This document shows positions 38,381 through 51,997 of a stretch of 64,000 nucleotides of DNA, in pieces. The notes under the pieces are model-generated. The model did not search any database and was not told the origin of the DNA. It saw nothing but the letters and a program-made list of their open reading frames with translations. The position numbers and the translations under genes are program-made. Positions within the stretch are counted from its first letter, which is position 1. The number at the start of each line of letters is the position of its first letter. The stretch is from Mytilus trossulus. Taxonomy: Eukaryota. The stretch lies in NCBI RefSeq assembly GCF_036588685.1, contig NC_086385.1, positions 25,195,216-25,259,215 of the forward strand. The letters run 5' to 3'.

Positions 38381-41300
38381 CTGACGTACAATTAAAAATT
38401 TAAATTCTGCTGTTTTTTTTCTGTATGTATACGAAATAAAAGGGGGTTCTGTGCTATCAAAATGGGGAGGTATAAAGTTTTGAATGGTAGCGTCATTAAA
38501 TATACTCGATAAATTGATGAAATCAATACATCTGTTAGTATATTTAATTTTCAGAAATTTTCGTTTATGATCTATAGGTTTATCGATAAGCATGAACAGC
38601 CTATGGTGACAAACAACTGTAATTATACGCGAATATTCACAGAATGGGCTGAAGAACGAGATTGTGTATCACTCATTGAAAATATCATGTAATTTACTAA
38701 TTGGTATTTAACCAAGTGTACATGATTATTGATGCCTACCATGTTGGACATAGTTGTAAAAATCATTTCAAAGTTTAATGTACATGTACCTTGCAGGGAT
38801 TTAAAAAAATCATAGTCATTTGAAATAATGTTCAAATATAAAACACGAAAAACAAAATGCTACCACGACCTTAGACATTAAAAATCAGAAACAAGTTATT
38901 ATTTTTCATAACTTTTTTAGACCGTTTTCTCCTTTCTTTATATTATTGTCCGTTATTTTCTATTCTTTATCTTTTAGCCCCTCCTTATATCGGTTATACT
39001 TTTCATACCCGATTGTTTATAGATTGTTCTTACGTTGTGCTTTTACCCAATTGTCCATTGGAGGCGGATGACCGTCAGCAAATATGTTCAACCCGCGACA
39101 TATAATATGTGACCATCCATGTTGAGGAGCCAGTCATTCGATGGTAGTCGTTTGGGCATCTAATCACATGTATTTTTCTCTTGTTGTTTTGAACATAAAT
39201 AAGGCCGTTGGTTTTCTCGATTAAATTGTTTTAAAGTTAATCGTGTCTAGGCCTTTTATAAGCTTGATATGCAGTATTGGTTTTACTAATTTGTGAAGGC
39301 CGTCGTAGACTTTATGTGACAAACATCTACGTTATCAGGTCTCTAATGAATTGTTTGCTCATTGGCAATCATATTAATCTCCTTATTTTATATACAGTCC
39401 TGGAGTAACACATTATATTCTTAATTAAGTTTAATTGACGTCTATCACCCGGTTTGAAAATATTGATGATTAAAGTTTTTATACAACGTCATCATTTACA
39501 CTTTACTTTTGAATTACTTAGTATACATAAAGACCTTTTTATACAAATCGATTTTTACTCTTAGTTACCTAAACTTATTTTTAATCGACGCTAATGCATC
39601 CATTACACAACCAAATGAAGAAAAAGCAAAACACCTTAGTAAACACAAAGACATTTATATGTAGAAAAGAGGCGAAGGCTACCACATGGATATTTAACTC
39701 ATAAGTCGAAATTAAATCGAAAATGGAAACAGGGAATGTGTCATAGAGAAACAACCCGACCAAAGAGCAGAAATCAGCCCAAGTCCATCAATGGTTATTA
39801 AACAAAACGAGAAAATCTCACATCCGGAGGCGGGCTTCAGCTAGCCTATAAACAATGATGGAAATTAGTTCAGGATGGACGTCACATTTTACTTCGAAAC
39901 ATATTCACGAACTAACATTAGAAAAAATACAAGTCTCCTGACTTACGAAAGGCGCACACATGCGGTGGGGTTGAACATACTTTGTGAGATATTAACCCTC
40001 TTCCTGTACCTTTAGCCAATGTTGAATAAACACACAAAGAAATACACACAGTTAAAATCAGTTTAAAATGAGTTCGAGTCCGATGTTAGAATTGGTAACA
40101 AAAGTAACTTAGCAAAATGACAATGATGATCATAAATTAACAAAGGACTGCTAGCAGTTACTGATATGCCAGCTCCAGGCCTCAAGTAAACTGATCAAAA
40201 GAGTATATCCTCATATGAAAACAAACTGACAATGCAATGTCAAAAAAACGAAAAATGAACAAGGACAAACAACAGTATGAAGAACACATGAAAGAAAACA
40301 CAAAACTGAGCAACACAAACTCCACCAAAAAACCGAGGTGATATCAGGTGCTCCAGAAGTGTATGTGTTGGGATAACAGGGAAAGTGAATCTCTCCAGTG
40401 AAACATTGAGACAATCTTTAGAATAGAAGTACAATTGTCAATTCAACACAGCTTATACCGTTATTTCTTTCGATTTGTTCACTTGAGGAGAGTCTGTATA
40501 GGTATGGAACTAGACATGAAAACAAAAAGCTAAAACTTAGCAATTATTATAACATATTAGGCAATATACGTTCTATATAACCATTTTGGTGCTTGCTTCA
40601 AGTGAGGAAATAGTGGTTTTGTTCCTAGCCCGGTCGAACCAGAGACTTTTAAATTACTACATCTTTGCTAAGTACAAGGCATTTGGCTGAAAGAGCAATG
40701 ACCACAGGATCGGGGTCAAAATAGTGATGCGAGTAGAATACCATGTCCTTCTGTGGCCTGTTATCTTGTTCTCTAAACCAATGATCATGGAGGTTGCTGG
40801 TCTTGTTGAATTACATTAAGAGTACCAATTATAACCCTAGTTTTTGGTAGGGTTCGTGTTGCTCAGTCTTTAGTTTTCTATGTTGTGTTTTGTGTACTGT
40901 TGTGTGCCTTTTGGTCTTTTTCTTTTTCTTTTTTGCCATGGCGTTGTCGGTTTATTTTTTCGACATTATGAGTTTGAATGTACCATTGGTATCTATCACC
41001 TCTCTATTACTGCACAAGATGCACATTTCGACAAATATTGTGTTTTCAATTATAATCAAGGAAAAACTATTTGAAAGTCCAAAACTTGAAATGCTGACAA
41101 AACAAAAATGGACCAAACGTTTAAAATTGGACAAGGAATCAGAACTATGCTATGCAAACCAAGGTTAATGTCATATCACATTATTGTGTTCAAGTCTTGA
41201 ATATGTTTTCGATCATGATCGTCATCATCATAATCATCATCCTCATCATCATATTAATGTATTGATATGTTTATTAACTATAAAACATTCTTTATGTAAT

Positions 41301-41652
41301 TTGCGTCTCGTTATCTCATCTCAGCCTCGCAATCAGCACTTATCAATAACAGCTATTGTTTGAACCTCTATTTGACCGCCCTGAAAAATAAACAATCGTT
41401 TTAATAATAGATTAAATGTAAAAAAAAAAAAACATTTAAAAGACCTGACAAAAAACTTAAATTAGATACTTATTTTCAGATATTTATTTTGATTGCAATA
41501 ATGTAATGCATAATGCTTAAACCGGTCGAAATACAGACAAATGGTACAACTATGCGTAGTGTATGCCTTTTTTCCCTTTATTTATGCTACAATATTGTAA
41601 AGAAAATTACATGTTAAAAAACATATGACCCGTATTTTAAGACCGACATTAA

Positions 41653-41925
41653 GGTGGTACCCAACACCTTGACTTAAAGTATTTTGGCTCGTTTAATTTA
41701 CATAAAATGTTGACAAAATATTTACTTTGACCCTTTGAAAAAAATATAAAAATTTCAAAAAACTTGAACCAATCTCTTTCTCGGAAAAACATGGTTGGAT
41801 ATGTAGCAGTTTGACGAACACTAATTTTGATCACTGAGAAGCTTGATATTCCCTGAACATAACAACATGATTGAAACGTTTAGCTGATTTTACAGAGCTA
41901 TCTCCCTGTAGTGTTAGGTATAACC
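41653..41925. mobile_element. TTAA-flanked MITE (Kolobok/piggyBac-type target)
   Basis: TTAA|GGTGGTACCCAACAC ... GTGTTAGGTATAACC|GTAA: imperfect TIR and a degenerate right TSD. Confidence 0.55.
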
Positions 41926-43907
41926 GTAAATATTAGAAAAAAATAATATCAAAAGAGAAAATTAATATTGACTGACAATAACCTTGCAGACAGAACACTA
42001 ATTGAAAGACGAATGGTAAAATATTAACACAGATAAAGACAGATTGAATGCCATAAAAAAGGAAGGGCTTACAATTGTTAAGGATGATACTCATCCTATT
42101 GAAAAGTGGTAAATGTTTAGGTTTAAGACGCTGCAAATCCATAAAGTATCGATACAACTAAGTAAAAGATCGATTCATGACATTAAAAAAGTGAAACAAA
42201 AATACCGAACTCAAAGGCAAATTCATAAAGGGGAAGTCCATAAAAAGTGACAACGCCATCAATAAACGGAACAGGTGAAAAACAACTTCCATTTTCCTTA
42301 CAATTCAAACGAGTAAACAAACGGTCTAATGTATATGCAAAACGAGAAACGATAAACACCAGCAAACGACAACCACTTAGCAACAGACTCCTGACTTAGG
42401 ACAGGTGCATATAAAATGCATCGGGTTTAAATGTATTAACAGGCGCGCCAACCCTAACCCTATTGGCTAACCTGACACAGTCTTGTAAGATAACATCATG
42501 ACACTGAATACATAATTACATTCTGTAAAAAAATATTGAAAATAATTTAACTCAACTAAAAAAATCGATTTAAACTACCCAATGAAAGCCTTATACATGC
42601 TCTCACACAGAACATCCTGGGACCAAGTAAATTTACATGTACATATCTTTGAAGTCTTGTATATCCAGTTTATGTTTCTTGAATCAGAAAGTTATGCTGA
42701 TATTGATTTTTTCTAGTGTTAAGTGCATACACGAATAGTGAGCCAATAAATGAAATAACGGTCAAATGTGGAATCTGCATGACACCATTTTTTGTAGAAG
42801 GAGACAGAGGAAATTCTGCCAAAGTGGCATATTTCAAGCGCAGCCAGTTATATAAAAAAAAACATTCATTATGACATACATGTTTTCAATTTCACTGCTT
42901 TGCTATCAGATATTTGAAATTCAAATAATGCTTTTCACAAACCCAGTAATGGCAGACCCGAGAGGAGCTGTTGCGTATTTTGACTAAGGTTTTACTTTAA
43001 ATAATCTGGTCAGAGATTGACAGAATGGATACAAATATATATATATGATCTTCAAAATGAGATAAATAGTTGATATCGGTTTCCTAAAATTGAAAGGATA
43101 TGTACTATACAATAAAAATAAAACAACATCAAACCTAGTACACACTATGAGATCAAAATAGAATGGAACACACAATTATTATAAAAATACTACAACATTT
43201 GCAAATAACGTGGCACAAATACATATTGTAAATAATTAAGCTATTGTTGTCCCACTTTGACGGGCAAGACAAAAATATGTTGTTCCTGATGGCGTCGGCG
43301 GTCAATACGTCAACAATTTGTTAAAGTTTGTGATTAGGCCAGTTTAAAATGAACCACTTATTGTAGGTCAATGATATCTGGTGCGCAGTTGTATTGGCAC
43401 ACCTCATTTCTATAGAGACAATTTGGCCCCGCTCCTTCAGTCATGATATATTGACTTTGAAAGTTTTCCATAGCGTCGGCACATCGTTTAATGACTTTGG
43501 ATTTTTTTGTATGGCTTAACTGTTAAAGATTATTGTTAGGTTAGTGCAAGGAGAAACTAATAATTTTACGTCAATAATATTTGGTATGTATTTATGTTAG
43601 CATTCGCATATATCATTTCCAACACGGCTGTTTTGCCTCTCATCTTCAGTCATGGTTCATTGACTAGGAACTTTTCCGTAGTTAACATATTAATATTTCT
43701 AAGTTATATTCTTATAAATTGGTTCTTTTAAATGAAAATTCACATTAAATATCTGCATTCCTGCATCAAATTTTGCTTACTTGATAGAAAATATGGACCT
43801 AAGATTCTCTGTTTTTTACAATCCAAGATGGCGAAAGACACCCATACCATCTTAAGTGTTGCAATTTGAATTTATACAATTGCATACAACTATCAAAATT
43901 CCATTAA

Positions 43908-44088
43908 GGTGAGACATATCTCTGTGTCAACAGTTTATATACACTTTTGGGTGAGACATATCTCTGTGTCAACAGTTTATATACACTTTTGGATGAGACA
44001 TATCTCTGTGTCAACAGTTTATATACACTTTTGGGTGAGACATATCTCTGTGTCAACAGTTTATATACACTTTTGGGTCAGACATATA
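43908..44088. repeat. 42-bp minisatellite, about 4.3 copies
   Basis: Unit GTGAGACATATCTCTGTGTCAACAGTTTATATACACTTTTGG, near-identical copies. Confidence 0.95.
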
Positions 44089-45338
44089 TAGCCGACATGT
44101 TGGACAGTATGTGACACTCTCACATATATCTATTGACACTCTTTTTGGAATAAATTATATAACACTGTTTATAAATAATAATTGTTATATTGATCGTTAT
44201 TATAAGTTTACAAATATATGAATAAAACAATCATGTTTAAGTAACTGATGAGAATTAAACTATGTTCCAAAACAAAAATGTTGAATAAATAATGACTGAG
44301 ACAGCGAAATAAATAAGTTAGATGAAGATGAATCATCCCGTCAGCAGATTAAAGGGGGGGGGGGGGGGGGGGGGTATTACAGCTGAACCTAGTTGTATTT
44401 TGCCTGTTAACACGAAGGCCGTGAGTTCGAACCTTCTTAATAGAAATCTGTCGAATTCAGTCTTAATTGGTAACAATTGCCAGTCATTCCCCAGAGGTTA
44501 TACTTCATCCACCAATTGAGAGTGGTCACCATGAGATAGGCAATCAAGATAAATATGGCGTTAACAATCAAACAAATTTCGGTTAATGGATACAGAATCC
44601 AAAGATTGTTTGGCTTGAATTTAAAGATATGTTTAATTCCTATAAATGAACAATAGGAATGCATTCTGACTATGTAAGCACCTCAGAATATTGTATTATA
44701 AGAAATTATGAATAACTATAAAATACAAAATGTACAGTCATGAACATAAAAAGCGTTTCAAAAGAAACTCTCTATTTTCTAAATTAAATATAAAAAGACA
44801 AGCCGAAAATATTTATAAAACAGGCAACATCACACAAAAAATACGAAACAAACATGACGTACTATGGCCTAATATATGAGGTATACGTCTTTCAGATACC
44901 ATCCCTATTCATTTGAAAACAGACATTAACTGTTCAAGCACTAATACCAATTTTGACTAACTGCATATTAATAAAAAAGAAAAAAAAGAAAAAAAAAAGA
45001 ACCCAATAAACTAATACAGGAAAACTGTATACAAAAAGCACACACAAGTTTTTAAAAGAGATTCAGGATAGCCTGACTTCTAACTGTGCTTACGTTTCAT
45101 CAAAAAGTGTAGCAAAAAAAGTGAGCAATCAGAGTTAAATGAAAATACCTTTAAAAGAATTGACCAAAAAGTATAAAAATGTATTTCCCAAAACCACCTG
45201 AGAAGACAGTTTTAATTCATAATTTAAATAAACACACATAAGTTTTTTTTAGATCATAATTTTAATTGAATAAATTTCTAAGTAGCAAATTGATGTGCTT
45301 ATAAAGTTGCGAATGTAGTTCATACATTTTTTGCAGCA

Positions 45339-48300
45339 ATGAAACAAATCCAGATGAAATGGACACCGAGTTGTACGGTTTATCAAGTACAGTGGTCGCC
45401 TTTAAGTATTTCGGATGAGCAATTAAACAGAGATAAAAGAAATCAACATGAAATTGAACACAATGAAGATGTTAGTTCCACTGAATCTAATGATCTAATG
45501 ATTCCGATGTTACTCTTTGTACCCGGTCTATAAGTCAACCCTAGACATGAATATGACAGTGATGTGACAGAGTTTCACAATACAGTGGAATTTCTTGGGG
45601 GAAGACAAACAGCAAATTTCATTAGAGGTCCCATGTGTCATTCACAAGAGTCTGCCTATCAAAAGGACCTGTCAAATCACAAGATGAACTTAGAAGGACC
45701 AAGTCGTTCAGTAAGACAGTTAGTGAAAGGGGACTTTACAACCTCAAATGGAGTAATTGGTAAATTACTGAGTACATTTCTACAACTTATTAATAGCAAT
45801 GAAAGCGTAGAACCATTGCTCACAAATGCAATTACAAAATGTACTGAGGTCTATTCGGTGTGTCTGGCGTTTGATGGAACAGCACTAAAGACTGGATTTG
45901 AGGTCGACGATAGAACTAAACGAGCAATAGGAGGCAGTCTGGATTATGATGTAGTATACATAAAAGCAAATCCAGATCCGAAACCAGGAGATCTGAGAGG
46001 GAACATTTTCACAGAGGCTGTCGTCTCCTATTTGACTACATTATGCAACAAAGTAAGCAGTAGCTATTGATTACCTTACAAAGGCAGGAAAAACAGGAAC
46101 CTTTATGAAAGAATTATTCATTAACACAATGCTCACATGCCAATTATGTCTACACTGCCTCGAAGGCGTCGAGTACGTCGACAATATTGTCAAATATAAC
46201 CATGAATGCAGCTCCATTTGTGAAACATGTATACGTGAATCAAAAGTATGTGATCATTGTATCACAATTGGCAAAACTAGTATCCATCCTTCTCTGAGGT
46301 CCTGCAGAAAATTTGTAGAAGATAAAAAGGTTTGCATAAAGTGCTCAGTTTTAGCCTTGACATCGGACTGTAAATCTTGGAACAAAGTTGCATTGGAGGC
46401 TTTGAAAAAAGACAGAGGATGGTTCCGCTCACCCATTATTGTCTGTTCTTTCGATACTTCCTGACTGCGTCCATGTTGGAAAATCAATCAAATGCAGTTT
46501 TTTAAATTGTTACCTGCTTTTCAACAAGGAGAGGGCAAATCTGTCTATGCTCCACACGCTTAGATGTTCGACAAAGACTACGGAAATAGTCGATTGTGTA
46601 AGAACCAAAGACAGAATGTCTGTTGACACTGTTCTAAAGATCAGTAGTACGGCAGTCCGCGACATTCTGCGATCAGTAGATTTGATTGTCCATAACATGA
46701 TACCTAAACGTTTCAGACCTACTGAGAACAACAAACCAGGAATGTACCCACACCCAATTGCCATCGCGTGCAACAACCTATGTAACATTGTGTTCTGTGA
46801 CATTAACGCACTAAATAAATCATCAAGTATTTTGAAAGCTAGATTTCACAATCATGTGAAAATACAAGAGCTTCAAACAACATAAATTACTCAATGTAGA
46901 AGTTTAGTAAATTTAGCTGGTATATGTTTTGTATGCCAGTTTGGTATAAATATATTAGTTTTTGGATTAACCCGAACCGTCGGTTTATCATTAAAATCAT
47001 TAAAGTCAAAAGTCAAACTAAAGAGTACGGCTGAAACCTTCAACTTTTCAACAGAGGGTACAATATTTGATTTACGCAATCGCATTGAAAACCATCTGAA
47101 AAATGTTGAACAATCAAGACCCCACAAGAATGAACTATATATGAATGAAGACATCCAGCCGGGGATTATAACAAAGGCAGCTGAAGACATGATGTTTTGC
47201 AGTAGTGATGCAAACAGACTTGTATATCAAATCAACATTAAAGCGGATGGGGTTGGTTACAAGGGATATGCTGTTAATCTGTGTACGTATCCGAACCAAT
47301 GTTCGCGAATTCTTGATCTATGCTGCTCTGAAAACCATTTATATGCTTCTTGGAAAGGCTGAGATGGAAACGGGGAATTAATGGTATTCAATTTAGACGG
47401 GTTAAATGTAGTTAATGTATTGCAAAACAACACAGATGACTGTCAAGAAATTTATGGTCTAACTAAGTTCAGAAACGGAATAGCTTTTACAGATACAAAA
47501 GCAAAAAAGATCAAACGCTTTACAGCCGAAAATACAATTGTCATTGCTGGCACAGGGATCGAGGGATGCTCAGTTGGTTCGGCTTCACATTCCACATTCG
47601 GACAGCTCATGGGTATTGCATGCGAGAACGCTACACATAACCGTGTGTGTGATGGTCAATTTGGGTCGGTCAAACTAGTCACGACAATTAGTGGAACTAT
47701 TCCCTTTCTAGAAAGTTTACATAAACTTTACTTTACCTTTGATATTCATGCAAAAGGAACAAAATCACCAAAAGATATGACAATAGAAAACATTGCAGGT
47801 ATTAAGGACGCACTCAATTTATTTGAAAATGCTGAACAAAATGTAAAGGACCTCACCAATCTAACAACAACAACAAAATGGACCGGAGGGAACAATTTCG
47901 TTGAGAACCATGTAGTCAGTTGTACTGTCACATTCTTCAACAAAACGTCTTCTGGAAAACAAAGTTCTCACAAATCCATCATACACATCTAACATGCAGT
48001 CTTGTCTAACAACTGTTGTCGAAACCTTCATGTTGTCAGTCATGTTAAGCAGAACCTTCCAACAAAGCTCCAATACTTTAGGGATTCGGGACAATCTTTA
48101 GAGAGAGCGTCAAGAAGATAACTAAATGGTCCGCCTTCTATTTTACGAAAGAGTCCTCATATTATCCTATTCCAAAACACAGCGTAAGACTCTTATCAAT
48201 TTCGTCGTTAGAAAAAACAGACCAAATAACTGTAAGTCGTGATAACCTAAATCAACTATACACATGGAAAACAGTATTGCAACACCAAATTGAAATTGAA

Positions 48301-49930
48301 ATTAAAAAAACACTTTTTATTTTTTTGTGATATACTTTGGTAAAATAGAACAACTTAAACATCATTTAAGTATCATCTGAGTTTAATCAATAAATATCGA
48401 CTCGGTAAGTTTAACTGCACATGCAGCTACTGTACCCGTAAACTGCAAAATAGATGTTTTCATCCTCATTGTTTTCAACACTTTAAATAACAAAGTTTGT
48501 GTGATTGACACCTTGTAATGGGTCCTTGTCAACTCCAAATTGTAGCAAGATGACAGATTATTATCAGCATGAAAGAAGCAGGGATGTCGCTGTAACAACT
48601 TCACGTATTGTTGGTCATCACCATTCCACTATAAGTCGTTTTGAGATTAAAAAATGGCACTAAACGATGTTAAAGACCTTCCGAGATAAAGAAGACCCCC
48701 TATACCATTTGCTAGGGAAAATCAAGCATCATAAAGGTTGGTCTGAAGGTAACCCATTGCATTCAATACAACCCCAAAAAGAGAGTGCTGGGCATACAAG
48801 AGTCTTTTAACAAGAACTGTTTGAGATCGACTCATCGCTACTAGTTATCGTGCGATAAGACCATTTTGGAGACCTTTGCTTACGAACAGACACACAGTTT
48901 TTCGTATCCAATGTAGTGCAGAGCTTACTAAAGTTGAAAATTAGCATCGTGGAGGAAGATTCAGTGTTCCAATGGAATTCGGGTCATCTTCTTTGGACGG
49001 ATCTTAGCCCATATTTGAACCATATCGATCATATGTGGGACACTATTGGGTGGAAAGTGTGCGAAAGGACACCCCAATTCAAACACATCATGAAAAAACA
49101 ATGCCCTTCATCAGAAATGGTTGCTGCTACCTAAGCAACAAATTAGGCCATTTTTGGCAGGAATCAGAACACGTTAAGATGCGGTTATCCGTTTGAATGG
49201 AGGCTGCGCACAAAGTACTAATTCTTTGGCGTATAACGATCAACCATGATGTGAATAGTCATCTGAAGATTAATTTTGAAATGTCTGACATTGTAAAGTT
49301 CGACTACTGTCAAAGTTGTAAAATGCATTTTTTTGGACAAAAAAACACTTCATTTTGTTATTAAAATTGTGGTTATATAAATCATTTTTTTTTCAGACAT
49401 TTTTTGTTCGTTTCAATGTCAATGTTATCATAAACTATGTTTCAATAATATCATACAAATATCTTATTATATATCATCCAAAAAAAGAGGCTGATTTTTC
49501 AAGTTTTGAAAAATCAAGGTGTTGCAATACTTTTTTCCATGTGTATATATGAAAGGGCAAATACACACGGAAAGTGTGTACGACAAAGAACCGTTCGACA
49601 GGAAACGACAGCATACAAATATGGTACTCTGCCTCTTAACATGTACCAGATGTCAAACTAGACATGCACATCAATAGAAATTCATCACGAACCAACGATG
49701 GAAAGCTAAACAGAACATCCGGTTCAAAGGCATACGGAGGATGAATAGGACAAAGATCCATCATATAACGATAATGACAACGATGATTCCGATACTGAAA
49801 ATGCACATCACCAAAAAAAACACCAATAAACAATACTTCAGTTCCTGAACTTAGTTTCATGGTTAAGAGAAACATATCTAGATCTGGTCGAAACCTCAAG
49901 ATTTCTTGTCGATTGAAGGATTGCTATTGA
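45339..49930 (+). pseudogene. Decayed P-element-like (TNP/THAP9-type) transposase with an inserted NHL/beta-propeller region, split by a Tc1 element
   Basis: Collinear fragments: FLGGRQTANFIRGP, VCLAFDGTALKTG, Cys-rich CQLC..C..C..C, LALTSDCKSWNK, LPDCVHVGKS (DxxH), KDRMSV, then YPHPIAIAC...IAFTDTKAKKIKRF...IAGTGIEG..VGSA....FGQLMGIA (NHL-like), NGPEGTIS, TTVVE/NLH, TKWSAFYFT..SYYPIP. After the Tc1: GKCVRQRTVRQETT..YGTLPLNMY, an acidic tract and SRSGR. Many stops and frameshifts. Confidence 0.6.
48261..49543 (+). mobile_element. Tc1/mariner element, internally deleted and decayed
   Basis: 26-bp TIR CACATGGAAAA(C/A)AGTATTGCAACACC with TA at 48259-48260 and 49544-49545. Relics: QIIISMKEAGMS, VGHHHST, DVKDLPR and LSPYLNHIDHMWDTIG (SPDLNPIEHxW motif). 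Confidence 0.9.
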
Positions 49931-51075
49931 CGTTTTTAAAACAAGTTCATAGTCTATGAAGGAAATATTTCTGTAATGTTACATTCTTCAACATAACGTC
50001 TTCTGAAAATCATAGACATATAATCTGTCGTTCTTGAATGTATTTCAATGTAAAAAAGAAAAAAAAAAAGAAACCCTGATATGATACATTTCACTTTCGT
50101 ACAATATAAAAACTAAAATACAAATTTGTAATAGGGTCAGTCGTATAAATTTTAAAATATATTAGTCAAATCTAACGTTTTAGGACAGCATAAACATCTT
50201 CACATACTTGAATTCCGATCAAGGTCTTGAGCAAAGTATGCATTTTTATTTAAATGGAGTGCATATAACGCGCCCTGCTGGAGTCATTTTCGTAATGATA
50301 ACTATACTCATCACTGACTATATAACTATTGCTGTAAGTAAGCACTGGAGTTGTAAGTTAGAATATAATCGCCTTTTAAAAAGCGGACCGTGTTAGACTC
50401 CGTTCTGAATTTACAATGATTTCAGTTTTACTGTCGAAAGACGGCGTTAAACCACAACGAAATCAAACAATTAACAGATTATAATCAGCAAAGCACAAAT
50501 CAAAACAAAAACTGATGGTATTTATCAAATATATTTTTTTATCTGTCGGTTACGGCTTCAAAATACAAACTTCTTTCATTACACGCATGTTACAAAGGTC
50601 ATCAACTTTCTCCAAAGGCGTCACTATGCCCTTGCGTACTTACATTTTTATAGCAAACGTTAATCAAAAGACATATAAGGCATATACCGTACGGTGACCT
50701 ATAATTGTTAATGTTTGTGTCATTTTGGTCTTTTGTGGATAGTTGTCTCATTGGCAATCATACCACATCTTCTTTTTTATATATAATCTGACTGAAAAAA
50801 GTATGATTGACCTGTTAATCTGAGGTAAGAGGCATTCTTCATCATTTCGGGATTAATCTTTTGTCGGGATCCGGGATTTCAGTGTTTTAAGATCGGGAAT
50901 TCGGGATTTTGGCAAATAAAGTTCGATATTTTGGGATCAGAACCCCTCCTGCCCCCCCCCCCCCCCCCCACACCTTCTCTCTTACTTGGTACGGGCATTT
51001 ATAAATAGTGAATATGATCGTATAAATAAGTAATATTCAGCTGTCTGTGTTTACCTAGACTCATGTCTCAATCGA

Positions 51076-51997
51076 CATCGATACATTGTTCATCCATCTA
51101 TTTATAAGTATGGTAGTATAAATAAATGTACAGTGAACATCATCGATACATTGTTCATCCATCTATTTATAAGTATGGTAGTATAAATAAATGTACAGTG
51201 AACATCATCGATACATTGTTCATCCATCTATTTATAAGTATGGTAGTATAAATAAATGTACAGTGAACATCATCGATACATTGTTCATCCATCTATTTAT
51301 AAGTATGGTAGTATAAACAAATGTACAGTGAACATCATCGATACATTGTTCATCCATCTATTTATAAGTATGGTAGTATAAATAAATGTACAGTGAACAT
51401 CATCGATACATTGTTAATCCATCTATTTATAAGTATGGTAGTATAAACAAATGTACAGTAAACATCATCGATACATTGTTCATCCATCTATTTATAAGTA
51501 TGGTAGTATAAAGAAATGTACAGTGAACATCATCGATACATTGTTCATCCATCTATTTATAAGTATGGTAGTATAAACAAATGTACAGTGAACATCATCG
51601 ATACATTGTTCATCCATCTATTTATAAGTATGGTAGTATAAACAAATGTTCAGTGAACATCATCGATACATTGTTCATCCATCTATTTATAAGTATGGTA
51701 GTATAAATAAATGTACAGTGAACATCATCGATACATTGTTAATCCATCTATTTATAAGTATGGTAGTATAAACAAATGTACAGTGAACATCATCGATACA
51801 TTGTTCATCCATCTATTTATAAGTATGGTAGTATAAACAAATGTTCAGTGAACATCATCGATACATTGTTCATCCATCTATTTATAAGTATGGTAGTATA
51901 AACAAATGTACAGTGAACATTATCGATACATTGTTCATCCATCTATTTATAAGTATGGTAGTATAAACAAATGTACAGTGAACATCATCGATACATT
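51076..51997. repeat. 65-bp minisatellite, 14 full copies plus 12 bp
   Basis: Unit CATCGATACATTGTTCATCCATCTATTTATAAGTATGGTAGTATAAA(T/C)AAATGTACAGTGAACAT starts at 51076, 51141 and so on to 51986; only point variants, no spacers. Confidence 0.97.

Larger units (their letters stand above)
31985..38620 (-). mobile_element. Decayed Naiad-type Penelope-like retroelement, 5'-truncated, interrupted by an Academ insertion
   Basis: RKFLKIKYTNRCIDFINLSSIF...EPPFISYTY (38384-38600) continues across the Academ TSD into SVTSDVNVENNTPLT*HCKPSNLRCDPYGHFITGDLNI...GPKY, DKAVNNVVVVCRKYY, PTMYWLPKLHKKPVKYRFISASS and IPMGTSCAPF. The ORF ends near 32817 and the 3' UTR runs to about 31985. Confidence 0.85.

Noticed and set aside
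43909-44091. Repetitive peptide ORF (RHISVSTVYIHFW)n
   Set aside because: By-product of a stop-free 42-bp minisatellite; GTG start and no splice or expression evidence.
44400-44440. tRNA gene (GTTCGAACC B-box)
   Set aside because: Only a B-box-like fragment and no cloverleaf; probably a SINE head relic.
51076-51997. CRISPR-like array
   Set aside because: Units are near-identical along their whole length with no unique spacers, there are no cas genes, and the context is eukaryotic.
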